Below, piece after piece: positions 26,373 through 36,229 of a DNA stretch of 64,000 nt. The translations under genes were made by a program, and so were the position numbers. This stretch comes from a virus. The number at the start of each line of letters is the position of its first letter. Position 1 is the stretch's first letter. The notes beneath the pieces are model-generated. The model saw only the letters and a program-made list of their open reading frames with translations, was not told the origin of the DNA and did no database searches. The stretch lies in IMG/VR virus record IMGVR_UViG_3300047560_000604, positions 32,001 through 96,000 of that record; one strand, 5' to 3'.

Positions 26373-27153
26373 GTTTATCGTAGAGGGACCAGTAGACCAG
26401 ATACGTACAAGTATGTACCGTAATTTGGGCATTGGTGGTGACGCGGCAAATGAAGTGGCTGCAAAACAAAACTTTGTAGACCGCTTTATGCAACAAGTGA
26501 AGCAGAATCAAAAAGCATCAGCTACATCAGGAATGCCACTAGATGTGAACCAAATGGTTCAATCTTATCTAGGTCAATATGGCTGGGTAGTATCACCTGC
26601 ACAACAAGCAAAACTATCTCAGATGGCTGACGCCGTGGGTGGAGAACGAGGTTTAATGGGCGGCGCATCTATGTACGCTCCTAAGTTAAAACAGTTAGCT
26701 AATGCTATGTACATGATCGGTAGTCAACAGCTACGTGATCCTAAAACAGGATTAACGATTCAAGGTGCAGGTGGCCAAGGTGGTGGATCTGCCGGTGGAC
26801 AAGCTAGTGCGGCAGCAGAACCAGAGCAATTATCACCTGCGACAGAACAAATCGTACAAAGAATTCAAAAATTACTAGGTTCTGAGAACAACGATGACCT
26901 AGAAATAATCGCAAAAACTGCTATGCAAGTATTGTATAAGCAAAACCCAACTGCATATACTGAGTTGTACAAAGAGATTATGACCGGTGAGACTAAGAAG
27001 AAAGCTCGTTCTCCTGAAGATATCCGCAAAGTTAAACAAGCACGTGCGGCTAGAGTAGCAAATCGTTCAGCAGTACCCGGTTCTAAACCAGTAGCTGATA
27101 CCGGTGAAAACCCTAACATTGTTCAGGGTTACAATGAGTCTAGAAGAAGATAA
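26359..27153 (+). CDS. Hypothetical, possibly head-associated protein
   Basis: MKANEFIVEG start; Gly/Ala linker. Confidence 0.65.
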   Translation: MKANEFIVEGPVDQIRTSMYRNLGIGGDAANEVAAKQNFVDRFMQQVKQNQKASATSGMPLDVNQMVQSYLGQYGWVVSPAQQAKLSQMADAVGGERGLMGGASMYAPKLKQLANAMYMIGSQQLRDPKTGLTIQGAGGQGGGSAGGQASAAAEPEQLSPATEQIVQRIQKLLGSENNDDLEIIAKTAMQVLYKQNPTAYTELYKEIMTGETKKKARSPEDIRKVKQARAARVANRSAVPGSKPVADTGENPNIVQGYNESRRR

Positions 27154-28325
27154 TGTTTTCCCTACGTGAACTAACTGATAAGCTAAATGAACTTTCTATC
27201 GTTGAAGACGAAGAAGTTCTAGTAGAAGATAAGGGTCATTTGGATCATCCAGAAGACTTAATCTTTCTCGGTGGAAGCGCCGGCGCAACTAAAGCAGTAA
27301 ATGCAATTGTTGACACTGTAAAGAATCCAAAGAACGTTACTATCAAGTGGGATGGATATCCTGCGTTGATATTCGGTCGTGATGTTGAAGGTAAGTTTAG
27401 CATCATGGATAAGCACATGTTCAACAAGAAAGATGGTTCAGGACGTGTAGCATATAGCCCGCAAGCATTTAGAAAGTATGACTTGGCTCGTGGGGTAGAC
27501 CGATCAGACTTACATCGTTTGATTGCTATGATTTGGCCTGGTCTAGAAAAAGAAGCACAAGGCAAGGGATACTATTGGGGCGACTTGCTATTCAGTAATC
27601 CATTGCAAAACGACAATGGCTTATATAAGTTTAAAGCTAACCCTAACGGAATCACATATACAGTTGACGTAAATAGCGATGTGGGTAAGTTGCTTACTAG
27701 TAAGCAAGCTGGAATCGCTGTACATCAATATATCGATCCAAGTGCCCCTACGACAGACCAAGCAGTTCCGTTAAACGGTACTATTGGTCAACTTAGAAAC
27801 GATAGCAACGTTGCTATTGTGCCTAGCAAGATGCCGTTAACTCCCAAGTTAACACTATCTCAAGCGCAAGTAGCAAGATGTCAACAAGCTATTCAAAAGT
27901 ACGGTCCTGCAGTAGATAAAATGTTAAGTACTGCACCTCAAGCAAGATCAGGATTCGTGGGTTTGTTTACTGTCTATATCAATAGAAAAGTTGTATCTCG
28001 TAATCTCACTGGCTTGATGAAAGACTTCATGGCTTTCTTTAATACTCGTCCTATGACTGAATCAATGAAAGCTAAGTTAACTGAGCACTTCCGTCAGAAT
28101 AGAGAAGGATTAGCCGGCGCATTTGTCATCTGGAGTGAGATTTATAAGCTAAAAATGTCAGTTGTTAAACAACTAGACAAAGCAAGTAAAGCAAGTCCAG
28201 TGAAGGGCTATCTACAAGATGGTTCAGAGACACATGAAGGATTTGTTGCATACGGATTGAAGTTTGTTGATAGAATGGGCTTTTCTGCTCAGAATTTGGC
28301 TGCTAGAGCACCCGCAACTCCATGA
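27153..28325 (+). CDS. Conserved phage protein (DUF6267-like)
   Basis: GHLDHPEDL…TIKWDGYPALIFG…GDLLF…HEGFV motifs. Confidence 0.55.
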   Translation: MFSLRELTDKLNELSIVEDEEVLVEDKGHLDHPEDLIFLGGSAGATKAVNAIVDTVKNPKNVTIKWDGYPALIFGRDVEGKFSIMDKHMFNKKDGSGRVAYSPQAFRKYDLARGVDRSDLHRLIAMIWPGLEKEAQGKGYYWGDLLFSNPLQNDNGLYKFKANPNGITYTVDVNSDVGKLLTSKQAGIAVHQYIDPSAPTTDQAVPLNGTIGQLRNDSNVAIVPSKMPLTPKLTLSQAQVARCQQAIQKYGPAVDKMLSTAPQARSGFVGLFTVYINRKVVSRNLTGLMKDFMAFFNTRPMTESMKAKLTEHFRQNREGLAGAFVIWSEIYKLKMSVVKQLDKASKASPVKGYLQDGSETHEGFVAYGLKFVDRMGFSAQNLAARAPATP

Positions 28326-28339
28326 TTTTTTCTTCCTGG

Positions 28340-28347
28340 CATAAATA
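28340..28347 (+). promoter_or_regulatory. T4 late-type promoter motif
   Basis: CATAAATA. Confidence 0.55.
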
Positions 28348-28393
28348 ATAGTATGAATCTATATGATTCAAACATTATAAAGGAAATTATATC

Positions 28394-28786
28394 ATGGCAT
28401 ATACAGCACGTACACACGGTGACTTGAAACAAGTTGCTAACTTTGACACTCCAGACTACACAGTTGGTTCAGTTGACGCAGTAACTTCAGCAGTTACAGT
28501 TCAACCACAAGGTCCTAAGCTAGATTATTGCACTATCACTTCTGAAGTCGGTCACTTGACTGGTGCTGAAGTTAACGCTATCATCCAGACTTTGACTCAA
28601 TTGGCTACTGTTCACATCTATGAATTCACTACTGGTGGTACATACGATTCATTAGCAGTTGCATTCTACCCAACACAAGCATGGGGTGCAGACGTTACAG
28701 CTACTGGCGCTGGTACACTTGACGCTGCTGTTACAGCAGTTGCTGGTGCAGTTGCTATCACAGCTTCAGCTACATTCACAAACTAA
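28394..28786 (+). CDS. Small putative virion structural protein
   Basis: Late motif, AAAGGA RBS, strongly biased codons, T/A/V-rich, own terminator. Confidence 0.65.
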   Translation: MAYTARTHGDLKQVANFDTPDYTVGSVDAVTSAVTVQPQGPKLDYCTITSEVGHLTGAEVNAIIQTLTQLATVHIYEFTTGGTYDSLAVAFYPTQAWGADVTATGAGTLDAAVTAVAGAVAITASATFTN

Positions 28787-28807
28787 TTCAAACTTAGTGT
28801 GATTAAG

Positions 28808-28833
28808 AGCCCAAGAATTTCTTGGGCTTTTTT
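28808..28833 (+). terminator. Rho-independent terminator
   Basis: AGCCCAAGA-ATT-TCTTGGGCT followed by a T-run. Confidence 0.85.
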
Positions 28834-28838
28834 ACCTC

Positions 28839-28846
28839 TATAAATA
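28839..28846 (+). promoter_or_regulatory. T4 late promoter (exact consensus)
   Basis: TATAAATA. Confidence 0.65.
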
Positions 28847-28850
28847 GTAC

Positions 28851-29315
28851 ATGACATTTATGATTAGGTGCTATACGTTATTTGATACAGTGAATACAGG
28901 CGTCACTAGCCGTAGACCACCAGTTAACGGTGCCCCTTCTGAGATAGCACAATGGCAACTTGACCGCAATAGACAAGTAAACTATGATACAATTCTGCAA
29001 GTAGTATCACTCAGAGCACAACCGGAGAATATGTCTTCTGTTGTAACAACAAAGATAAATTTTAGAGATTTTGATAATTTTGGATTCTTATTTGAAGATG
29101 AGAAAGATCAATTATGTTATCAGTTTGACTTCACCATCAATCACAAAAACGTATTTTATGACGGTGTAACAGAATTGGGAGCATTGTACAATGATTGCAT
29201 TGACGTTCCCATGATAAAGACTGGAAATGAATGGGAAAAATTACCGTCATTTCTAGATATTAGTCCAGAGTTAAAAAATATCCATTTTGAGGTAGTAAGT
29301 TATGAAGAAGAATGA
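28851..29315 (+). CDS. Hypothetical protein
   Basis: 154-aa ORF. Confidence 0.7.
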   Translation: MTFMIRCYTLFDTVNTGVTSRRPPVNGAPSEIAQWQLDRNRQVNYDTILQVVSLRAQPENMSSVVTTKINFRDFDNFGFLFEDEKDQLCYQFDFTINHKNVFYDGVTELGALYNDCIDVPMIKTGNEWEKLPSFLDISPELKNIHFEVVSYEEE

Positions 29316-29781
29316 ACGTGACATGTTTCAGATCCTAAAACGGATCTTGAGCAAAAATGAGATTGAACAACTATCCAACAAGCTAGTCATTGAAGACGGC
29401 AAGGGATATGAATTGTACGGTGAATACAGCATAAGACCGTCAGGTAATATGTATAAGACTATCAAATTTACTACGTTCACTGAACATAAGTTCTATAGCT
29501 TGAGAAATGCAGCAGTTTGGGTGTCACTAGACAAGACCAATCAGATAATAGACGCACAGCGAGTTTTGGAACTAGATAAAGTACTTGAGGGTGCTTTAAT
29601 CAATGCTGAAATTCACAGAAAATTGTATAAAAATACGAAAAGTTTAGAGGCAAAATCATTGTACTATGCTAAATTGCAAGAGGACAATACTAAGCGTCAG
29701 TACGTAGTTAACCAACTAGAAACTTACGTGAGCAAAGTCAAAGCGTGGCAGGAAAAATGCTTTAAAGAAGCCGCTAAATAA
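29302..29781 (+). CDS. Hypothetical protein
   Basis: 159-aa ORF. Confidence 0.7.
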   Translation: MKKNERDMFQILKRILSKNEIEQLSNKLVIEDGKGYELYGEYSIRPSGNMYKTIKFTTFTEHKFYSLRNAAVWVSLDKTNQIIDAQRVLELDKVLEGALINAEIHRKLYKNTKSLEAKSLYYAKLQEDNTKRQYVVNQLETYVSKVKAWQEKCFKEAAK

Positions 29782-29791
29782 TTTAATCAAT

Positions 29792-29799
29792 GATAAATA
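29792..29799 (+). promoter_or_regulatory. T4 late-type promoter motif
   Basis: GATAAATA. Confidence 0.55.
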
Positions 29800-29824
29800 C
29801 TATATCAGTTCTTTAGGAAAAACC

Positions 29825-30556
29825 ATGAAACTAACCGAATTTAATTTAAGACCAACCACAGTTGCTAAAAAGGCACTGAAGGAGCATTTCAACACAAACC
29901 TCAATGTAGACAATATGAGTCTATATGACACACAGCGCATGATGCGTAAAGTTAGTGGCTTGATGAACGAAATGCGTCAAAAAAGCAATGGTCATGCTAC
30001 TGAGCAAAATCCAGCATACTTGAAACTAGTATTCATGGAGCAAGCTCTATCTCACCACTATGGTGAATTGAAAGCTCTTCCAATGTACAACACACGCATG
30101 GTTGTAGAAAACGAGCAAGTTGAGAAATCACAAGTTATCTTGGCTGCACAAGAAATGGTAGATGCTATGCAAAAGATGATTGAGCAAGTATCTGACATGT
30201 TAGTTAAGGAACTTCCAGCTGTCGTTGACGGAGTTAACTCAGAAGTTGGCACAAACGAAGGTGAACAATTCCAACAACAAGTTTCAGAAGCACTAACATC
30301 ATTGCAAGCTGCATTGAGCCAATCACAAGGCACTATGAAATCTGCTTTAGGTACAATCACTGGTCAAGGCGGTGGTATGGAAGGTGGTATGGACATGGGC
30401 GGCGATATGGCCGGTGGCATGGGTGACGAAATGGGCGACATGGGCGGTATGGGTGATGAGCTAGGTGGCGAACAACCAGACACAGAGTTACCAGAGCTTC
30501 CATCTGAGCCAGACGAATCATTGCCAGTAGGCGGTGCAGGACGTTCAGTACGTTAA
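29825..30556 (+). CDS. Putative head-associated/scaffold-like protein
   Basis: Helical body with a G/M/D-rich then Pro/Glu-rich tail; late motif. Confidence 0.55.
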   Translation: MKLTEFNLRPTTVAKKALKEHFNTNLNVDNMSLYDTQRMMRKVSGLMNEMRQKSNGHATEQNPAYLKLVFMEQALSHHYGELKALPMYNTRMVVENEQVEKSQVILAAQEMVDAMQKMIEQVSDMLVKELPAVVDGVNSEVGTNEGEQFQQQVSEALTSLQAALSQSQGTMKSALGTITGQGGGMEGGMDMGGDMAGGMGDEMGDMGGMGDELGGEQPDTELPELPSEPDESLPVGGAGRSVR

Positions 30557-30557
30557 T

Positions 30558-30893
30558 ATGAAACTGTTCGAATTTGCCGATAATGATCCGTTGCGTGTTA
30601 AGCTGGTTGCAGTAACTAACCAGCTCAAAGAACGTCTTGCAGGTCAGTCGGCTACAATGAGTACAGATGAGTTGTTAAACTTCTTAAAGCAAAACAACGT
30701 TGTACTTGACAAATCAGATTTATTTGATATCGTAAAAAAAGATCCGTTGAAAAACATTATTCACAATGTTAATAAAGATGAAGTAGTCTTTAAGGGTCAA
30801 GAAGGCGCAGAAGAAATGGGTTCAGAGCCCGGGGCTGACGAAAATGAAAAGATTCGACAGCAGTTAGCAAGTAAGCAAACTTCTAAACTTTAA
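30558..30893 (+). CDS. Hypothetical protein
   Basis: ATG at 30558 (MKLFEF…). Confidence 0.7.
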   Translation: MKLFEFADNDPLRVKLVAVTNQLKERLAGQSATMSTDELLNFLKQNNVVLDKSDLFDIVKKDPLKNIIHNVNKDEVVFKGQEGAEEMGSEPGADENEKIRQQLASKQTSKL

Positions 30894-30902
30894 CCAAAAG
30901 AG

Positions 30903-30931
30903 TTGTACTACGAAGAAATTTGTAGTACAAT
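30903..30931 (+). promoter_or_regulatory. sigma70-like promoter overlapped by a 9-bp inverted repeat
   Basis: TTGTAC-17 nt-TACAAT; TTGTACTAC (30903-30911) and GTAGTACAA (30922-30930). Confidence 0.5.
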
Positions 30932-30937
30932 TTCCAT

Positions 30938-31624
30938 ATGTACAATCCCACTAAATTTAACTATGTCCCAATGTCTCGTGTAGAGATTGATGGGAAACGA
31001 AGATATGCCACACCCGATGGTGAAAAACTCCCGAGTGTAACTACTATCTTAGATGCAACTAAATCAGAAGATTCTAAGAAAGCTCTTATGGAATGGCGAA
31101 AGCGTGTTGGTCATCAGAAAGCGCAAGAGATAACAACAGAAGCCGCAGGACGAGGAACTCGTATGCACAAGTGGCTTGAGGATTATATCAAGACAGGAGT
31201 CTTAGGTGAACCAGGATCAAACCCATACTCAGTACAAAGTCATCGAATGGCTTATTCAATTATCAAGCAAGGTCTTAGCAACTGCGCTGAGTTCTGGGGT
31301 ACAGAAGTACCTCTTTATTTCCCTAAAGTCTATGCTGGAACGACTGATTTGGTCGGTGTGCATGATGGTAGTGAATGTATTATGGACCATAAACAGACTA
31401 ATAAGCCCAAGAAACGTGAGTGGATTGATGACTATTTTGTTCAACTTGCGGCTTACGCAACAGCACATAACGAGCTACATGGAACCAAAATCCGTAAAGG
31501 AGTCATTTTTATGTGTGATCCAAACGCTGTATATCAAGAGTTCATACTAGAAGGTGAAGAGTTTGACAAGTATGTTGACTTGTGGTTTCGTAAAGTAGAA
31601 CAGTACTATATGCAGTTCATCTAA
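30938..31624 (+). CDS. PD-(D/E)XK exonuclease
   Basis: LPSVTTIL, GTRMH, YAGTTDL…IMDHKQ, YFVQLAAYA. Confidence 0.85.
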   Translation: MYNPTKFNYVPMSRVEIDGKRRYATPDGEKLPSVTTILDATKSEDSKKALMEWRKRVGHQKAQEITTEAAGRGTRMHKWLEDYIKTGVLGEPGSNPYSVQSHRMAYSIIKQGLSNCAEFWGTEVPLYFPKVYAGTTDLVGVHDGSECIMDHKQTNKPKKREWIDDYFVQLAAYATAHNELHGTKIRKGVIFMCDPNAVYQEFILEGEEFDKYVDLWFRKVEQYYMQFI

Positions 31625-31629
31625 AACAT

Positions 31630-31637
31630 GATAAATA
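31630..31637 (+). promoter_or_regulatory. T4 late-type promoter motif
   Basis: GATAAATA. Confidence 0.55.
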
Positions 31638-31658
31638 GTATAATTAACGGATTATACT

Positions 31659-32987
31659 ATGGCAATCGTACAAATATCAAAAATCATTCACCGCACTGGC
31701 GCAAACGTAGACTTACCTCAACTAGATATCGGTGAGATAGGTTTTGCAACAGATGAGCAACGAGTCTTTATCGGCAATGATCCTGAGATTGTTCCCCCAG
31801 TCGCAGTTGGGGCAACTACACAAACAGAAATTTTAACTCAAGCATCATCGCTTGACTTCTCACGTTTAAATGGTTCTAGCAACGCTACATTAGAATTAGC
31901 GGATGTAGCTACTGGTCAACTATTAGGAATCAACGTAACAGGTGACGTTACTAAAGTAATTAACGTTGGTGGTAATGTCGGTGGTCAAATCACATTAGGC
32001 AACATCAGTGATGTTAAGGCTACAGGTGGTGTCAATGGTTTTGTATTACAGACTGACGGTACGGGCAACTTGTCTTGGACAACTAACGGAACATTAGCAT
32101 ACAAGATTCAGGGTTTCTCTGAGGCTTATTCAGGTAATCTAGTAGTAACAACAAGCACCCCTCATTACTTCGGTACTGGTACATTAGTAACTATTTCAGA
32201 TGTGTTACCGACAGGTACAATTAAGAATTACATTGATAGTGCGGGTGTTGGTGGTACCAATCAATACTATACATACCGTCGTTCGAGTACAACTTTTACT
32301 ATCCATGATGATGCTGCATATAGTGTTGTGGCATATGAATCTTATTTGTCAGGATATACTGCTAACAGTGCAACTATCGTAGGTCAAATTAGTCCTACAG
32401 GCAATGCAGTACCGGGTGGCGCAAATACACAAGTTCAATTCCAAGACACTAGCGGTGCGTTTGGTGGTGATGCCAATCTTACTTTTAATAAGTCAACATC
32501 AGTGTTAGCAGTTACAGGTAACGTTAACGCTACATACTTTAACGGTAGCTTTCGTGGCCCATTGAATGGTGTTATCGGTGCAACTACTGCAAACGTGGCG
32601 ACATTCTCTAGTGTCACGATTAACAACACACTATCAGTTACCGGTAATGTAACTGCTAATAATGTTATCGCAGGATCTAATGGTTCTGGTACTAATTATA
32701 AAGTCGGTGATGATGCTTATATTGGTGATATCAACATATCAAATACCATTCGTATTAAAGGTGTAGAAGATTCTGCAAACGCATATATCGTATTCGGTAC
32801 AGGTGATACTAGTGCATTGGGTAGAGCAGGTACAGGCCCATTAACGTATGAGGGTGATTTCGAAGCTGATAACGTAACAACCGGCAATGTTAATTTAAAC
32901 ACATGGTCAATCTTTGGAAACGTTGATGGCTTGTATGCCACTGACGGTGTTGATACATACCCAATCACACTTGGTCCTGCAGTTTAA
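31659..32987 (+). CDS. Tail-fibre/virion appendage-like structural protein
   Basis: N-terminal LPQLDIGEIGFATDEQRVFIGN module typical of fibre proteins; G/T/N-rich beta body. Confidence 0.6.
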   Translation: MAIVQISKIIHRTGANVDLPQLDIGEIGFATDEQRVFIGNDPEIVPPVAVGATTQTEILTQASSLDFSRLNGSSNATLELADVATGQLLGINVTGDVTKVINVGGNVGGQITLGNISDVKATGGVNGFVLQTDGTGNLSWTTNGTLAYKIQGFSEAYSGNLVVTTSTPHYFGTGTLVTISDVLPTGTIKNYIDSAGVGGTNQYYTYRRSSTTFTIHDDAAYSVVAYESYLSGYTANSATIVGQISPTGNAVPGGANTQVQFQDTSGAFGGDANLTFNKSTSVLAVTGNVNATYFNGSFRGPLNGVIGATTANVATFSSVTINNTLSVTGNVTANNVIAGSNGSGTNYKVGDDAYIGDINISNTIRIKGVEDSANAYIVFGTGDTSALGRAGTGPLTYEGDFEADNVTTGNVNLNTWSIFGNVDGLYATDGVDTYPITLGPAV

Positions 32988-32989
32988 TT

Positions 32990-32997
32990 GATAAATA
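32990..32997 (+). promoter_or_regulatory. T4 late-type promoter motif
   Basis: GATAAATA. Confidence 0.55.
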
Positions 32998-33009
32998 CTT
33001 ATTCGATAC

Positions 33010-33063
33010 ACTCTCATAGTGAGAGTTTACGCGGTAAACCACCGCGCAGTGGCTAGAACCCAC
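33010..33063 (+). promoter_or_regulatory. Three-hairpin structured 5' leader
   Basis: ACTCTCA-tag-TGAGAGT; CGCGGT-aaacc-ACCGCG; GTGG-ctagaac-CCAC; then CAGGAG RBS. Confidence 0.5.
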
Positions 33064-33082
33064 AAATTACAGGAGAAATAAA

Positions 33083-34201
33083 ATGGTTGGAAAATTAAAA
33101 ATAGTTAAAGTCAATGCAGCCGCTGATCCATCAGGTTTAGTTGACTCTGGATTCAATAATCCAATTGGTTCAAGCAACACATACGGTGTTGTTGGTGGAA
33201 CAACTGGTACAACTGGTCAACAAGTGTTGCCTGTAGTTGCTATCGGTAAACCAGCTGCTGGTACAATTTACACCACTAGTGGTAGCAATGTAGCATATGG
33301 TATGGTAACTAGCATGTCAGATTTGAGTGCAAACAGTGCGCTTGCAACTCGCGGCAATGGCTCTAACGTAGACATTGGTCTTGTTGACGCAGTTGAATCT
33401 GGTATTTTGTTAGCCATTACTAACACAATAGCTACTGGTTCATTTATCAAAACATCAGGTAATATTGAAACTTCAGGTGGCGAAGGTACACCAGTATGGT
33501 TCGATACAGCATTCAGTACGATTGCAGTCAATACACCATACTACATCAAGAGTATTGCTAACGCAACACACTTTACAGTATCTACTTCATTAGGTGGAGC
33601 AAATGTTGCAGTTGGCACTGTTAACGGTATTACTGCTAACTTGAATCAACAGGCTGTTACTTTAGTTGCAGATGCTACAGCAACTTACACAAATCAAGAT
33701 TTCCAATACGCTGATGGCGCAGCTGGATATATCTTGCGTCAAAAAGGCAAGCGTAAGTTCTTAGTTGCAGATAGCACTACACTTCAAGACGAAGATATCG
33801 TTGCAGGATTAACATATAGAATCACTTCAGTAAGCGGTACTGACTGGACACAGTATGGTGCAGGTCCAGATGCTGCTGTTGGTAAAATCTTTACTGCAAC
33901 TATCAATGGTTCAGATGCAGTACTAGACGACGGTACTGTAAACTTAGTTGGAACATGTAAGACTGCTAACTTGGCTAACACTAGCTTGACAGTTAACACT
34001 ATGAACTTGGTAGCAACTAAGGATCCTTCTGGTACAGTAAACTTGGATAGCATGACAAGTAAACACGCTATTGACTTTACTGCTGCTGCAGGTGTTAATG
34101 ATAACGCAGGAACACACTACTATGCATCTACTAACGGTGCTGTAGCTGCTGATGCTTCTGCTGGTATCAAGTACATGGTTGTAGACGTAAGAACATCTTA
34201 A
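33083..34201 (+). CDS. Putative virion structural protein
   Basis: A/T/G/V-rich, YILRQKGKRKFLV motif, late motif, biased codons. Confidence 0.65.
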   Translation: MVGKLKIVKVNAAADPSGLVDSGFNNPIGSSNTYGVVGGTTGTTGQQVLPVVAIGKPAAGTIYTTSGSNVAYGMVTSMSDLSANSALATRGNGSNVDIGLVDAVESGILLAITNTIATGSFIKTSGNIETSGGEGTPVWFDTAFSTIAVNTPYYIKSIANATHFTVSTSLGGANVAVGTVNGITANLNQQAVTLVADATATYTNQDFQYADGAAGYILRQKGKRKFLVADSTTLQDEDIVAGLTYRITSVSGTDWTQYGAGPDAAVGKIFTATINGSDAVLDDGTVNLVGTCKTANLANTSLTVNTMNLVATKDPSGTVNLDSMTSKHAIDFTAAAGVNDNAGTHYYASTNGAVAADASAGIKYMVVDVRTS

Positions 34202-34217
34202 TATTAAATTAAGTAAC

Positions 34218-34245
34218 AAAAAAGCCGCTTTATGCGGCTTTTTTT
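34218..34245. terminator. Bidirectional terminator between convergent genes
   Basis: AAAAAAGCCGC-TTTAT-GCGGCTTTTTTT. Confidence 0.85.
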
Positions 34246-34655
34246 ATGAGGTCTTGAAGTTTACTTTGAACTACATCAAAGTTGATTGTGTTAAACAATC
34301 CGGGATGAAGAGGTTTGGGGTAATGGTTGTATTCTACCCAACAATACCCTGAATGTTCTTCATTTAGCTTCGGTATGAACTCATTCTCAATGAAACAGAA
34401 GAACGTATGATAAGTGAAGGTATTGTTGATAAACTTCTGTATAGGAATTAACTTAGCATTTGTTGGAAAGAAATTTAATTCTTCTATACATTCACGTTCT
34501 ATCCCTTCAAATAATGTTTCATTCGATTCAACTTTACCACCAGGGATCCCCCAGTTACCTGGGTTCCTATCATCATTCCGTAGCAAATATAAGAATCTTT
34601 TAGTGTCTTGTGCATAGAAGAAAACCCCGGCACTAGTATTAGGAATAGTGTTCAT
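34230..34655 (-). CDS. NUDIX hydrolase
   Basis: Nudix box GGKVESNETLFEGIERECIEEL. Confidence 0.9.
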   Translation of the reverse strand: MNTIPNTSAGVFFYAQDTKRFLYLLRNDDRNPGNWGIPGGKVESNETLFEGIERECIEELNFFPTNAKLIPIQKFINNTFTYHTFFCFIENEFIPKLNEEHSGYCWVEYNHYPKPLHPGLFNTINFDVVQSKLQDLIKKAA

Positions 34656-34685
34656 ACAATCATTTATCTGAGTACGAACACAGTA

Positions 34686-36221
34686 TTAAATTACAATAGA
34701 GTAATCACCCTGGTCGTACCAACCTTCATAACTCTTCATCCAAACACCTTCAGCGTAACGATATTGAACACCGGATGTTAGATTAGTTACGTATTGTACA
34801 TCAGTTAATAGTGTGCTGTCAAATGCAACTACCCAGATTCCGGCTAATGCAAATGTGTCATCTGGTAACTTGATAACTTGTAAGTCTACACACTCAATGA
34901 TATCGTTAGCGACTGCAACAACATCTCCCCATGCCATTGATGGGTCGGTGTTAGTTTCGCTACCGATACCTTCCACTAACAAATAACGTTGACCCACTTC
35001 TGCTTCTGATAAGCCATGTGTTATCAAACCATTTGCACCTGCGATGGGCTCGTAATTGTTAATATCATACTCGTCATAACCTAAAGGTAAGTCAGGTAAT
35101 GGAGTTAATAATCTAGTAGATGGTCCCTTTAACAATGGGTTGATGATACTGTCTACTTTAGTCAACGAATCTTCTGGCAATGTATCGGGATCGATGTTAA
35201 AAATCAACAATCTATCATCAGTTGGGTTGAATGCCACAGACCCTACAATTTCAGTATTCATGTATGGGTTTTGCAACCAAATCTGACTCACACCAGGGGT
35301 GAATGATGATGAGCTACCTTCTCTTACTGTACCATATACGTTTAACACAGCTTGCCAATACACATCAGTGTTTGGATTCTCTGGTAAATCTAATGAGGGA
35401 TTGCGAGGACTAAAATCTTGATTAGCCGGTAATATTTGTAGACTGTTACCTACTAGTAACAACTTGTATCCGTAAGGTGTAATCTTTTGTCTAGTACCCA
35501 ACAACAAGTCATCATCTTTCATATCTGTAAGAGCATTGCCTTGGAAGATACTTGCAATAATCTTGTGAATAACACCCAGCTTTTTAATCTTAGCACTAGA
35601 ACTAATCCAGATAGGCATGTAGAACTTCCATGACATGATATCAATTGGATTACCTGATCCCATTGGAATAGTTCTACTAGAGAATGTAAGACCGTCTTGA
35701 TATACAACAGACAATGATGTCCAATCAACGAAGTTATCGGTGCTTTGGATTTCCATAGATGGGTTAAACAAGACACCGAGTTGTTCAATCAATTCTAATT
35801 TTTGATTGTAGTTAGTTGTCCAGAAGTCAACGGTGATTCTTAAAGTGTAGGGTACTGGCATTACACGTTCTACTGTAAATGCTTGTCCTTGTGTTTGTTG
35901 ATATGTACCCGTGTTCTGGTCAAATGAACGTTGACGTACAGAAAGTTTATCAATGAAGTATGGATCCTGTGTTCTCTTTTGGTCGTATTCCAATCCACTG
36001 ATATAATATGTAATCATCGGTGCACTAGGTAAACTACTAGCACTGTTGTTCGCAATGATACTACTAGCCATACGAGAACCGTCACCGTATTGAATAGGCA
36101 CACGGATAATAATGTCGTTACCTGCAGGATCTTTACCTTTAGTTACTTCCCAGTTACTAAAGATTCTAGCAAATTGTATAAGAAATCTGCGTATCTGATT
36201 GTCATAGAAGAATTTTGCCAT
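34686..36221 (-). CDS. gp15: Tail sheath stabiliser/terminator (gp15-like) with C-terminal extension
   Basis: FYDNQIRRFLIQFARIFSN, RVPIQYG, PVPYTL, ELIEQLGVLFNP. Confidence 0.7.
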   Translation of the reverse strand: MAKFFYDNQIRRFLIQFARIFSNWEVTKGKDPAGNDIIIRVPIQYGDGSRMASSIIANNSASSLPSAPMITYYISGLEYDQKRTQDPYFIDKLSVRQRSFDQNTGTYQQTQGQAFTVERVMPVPYTLRITVDFWTTNYNQKLELIEQLGVLFNPSMEIQSTDNFVDWTSLSVVYQDGLTFSSRTIPMGSGNPIDIMSWKFYMPIWISSSAKIKKLGVIHKIIASIFQGNALTDMKDDDLLLGTRQKITPYGYKLLLVGNSLQILPANQDFSPRNPSLDLPENPNTDVYWQAVLNVYGTVREGSSSSFTPGVSQIWLQNPYMNTEIVGSVAFNPTDDRLLIFNIDPDTLPEDSLTKVDSIINPLLKGPSTRLLTPLPDLPLGYDEYDINNYEPIAGANGLITHGLSEAEVGQRYLLVEGIGSETNTDPSMAWGDVVAVANDIIECVDLQVIKLPDDTFALAGIWVVAFDSTLLTDVQYVTNLTSGVQYRYAEGVWMKSYEGWYDQGDYSIVI

Positions 36222-36229
36222 TGTTTACC

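Noticed and set aside
30938-31624. Cas4 / CRISPR adaptation gene
   Set aside because: PD-(D/E)XK exonuclease without the four-Cys Fe-S pattern, with no array or other cas genes; common in T4-like phages.
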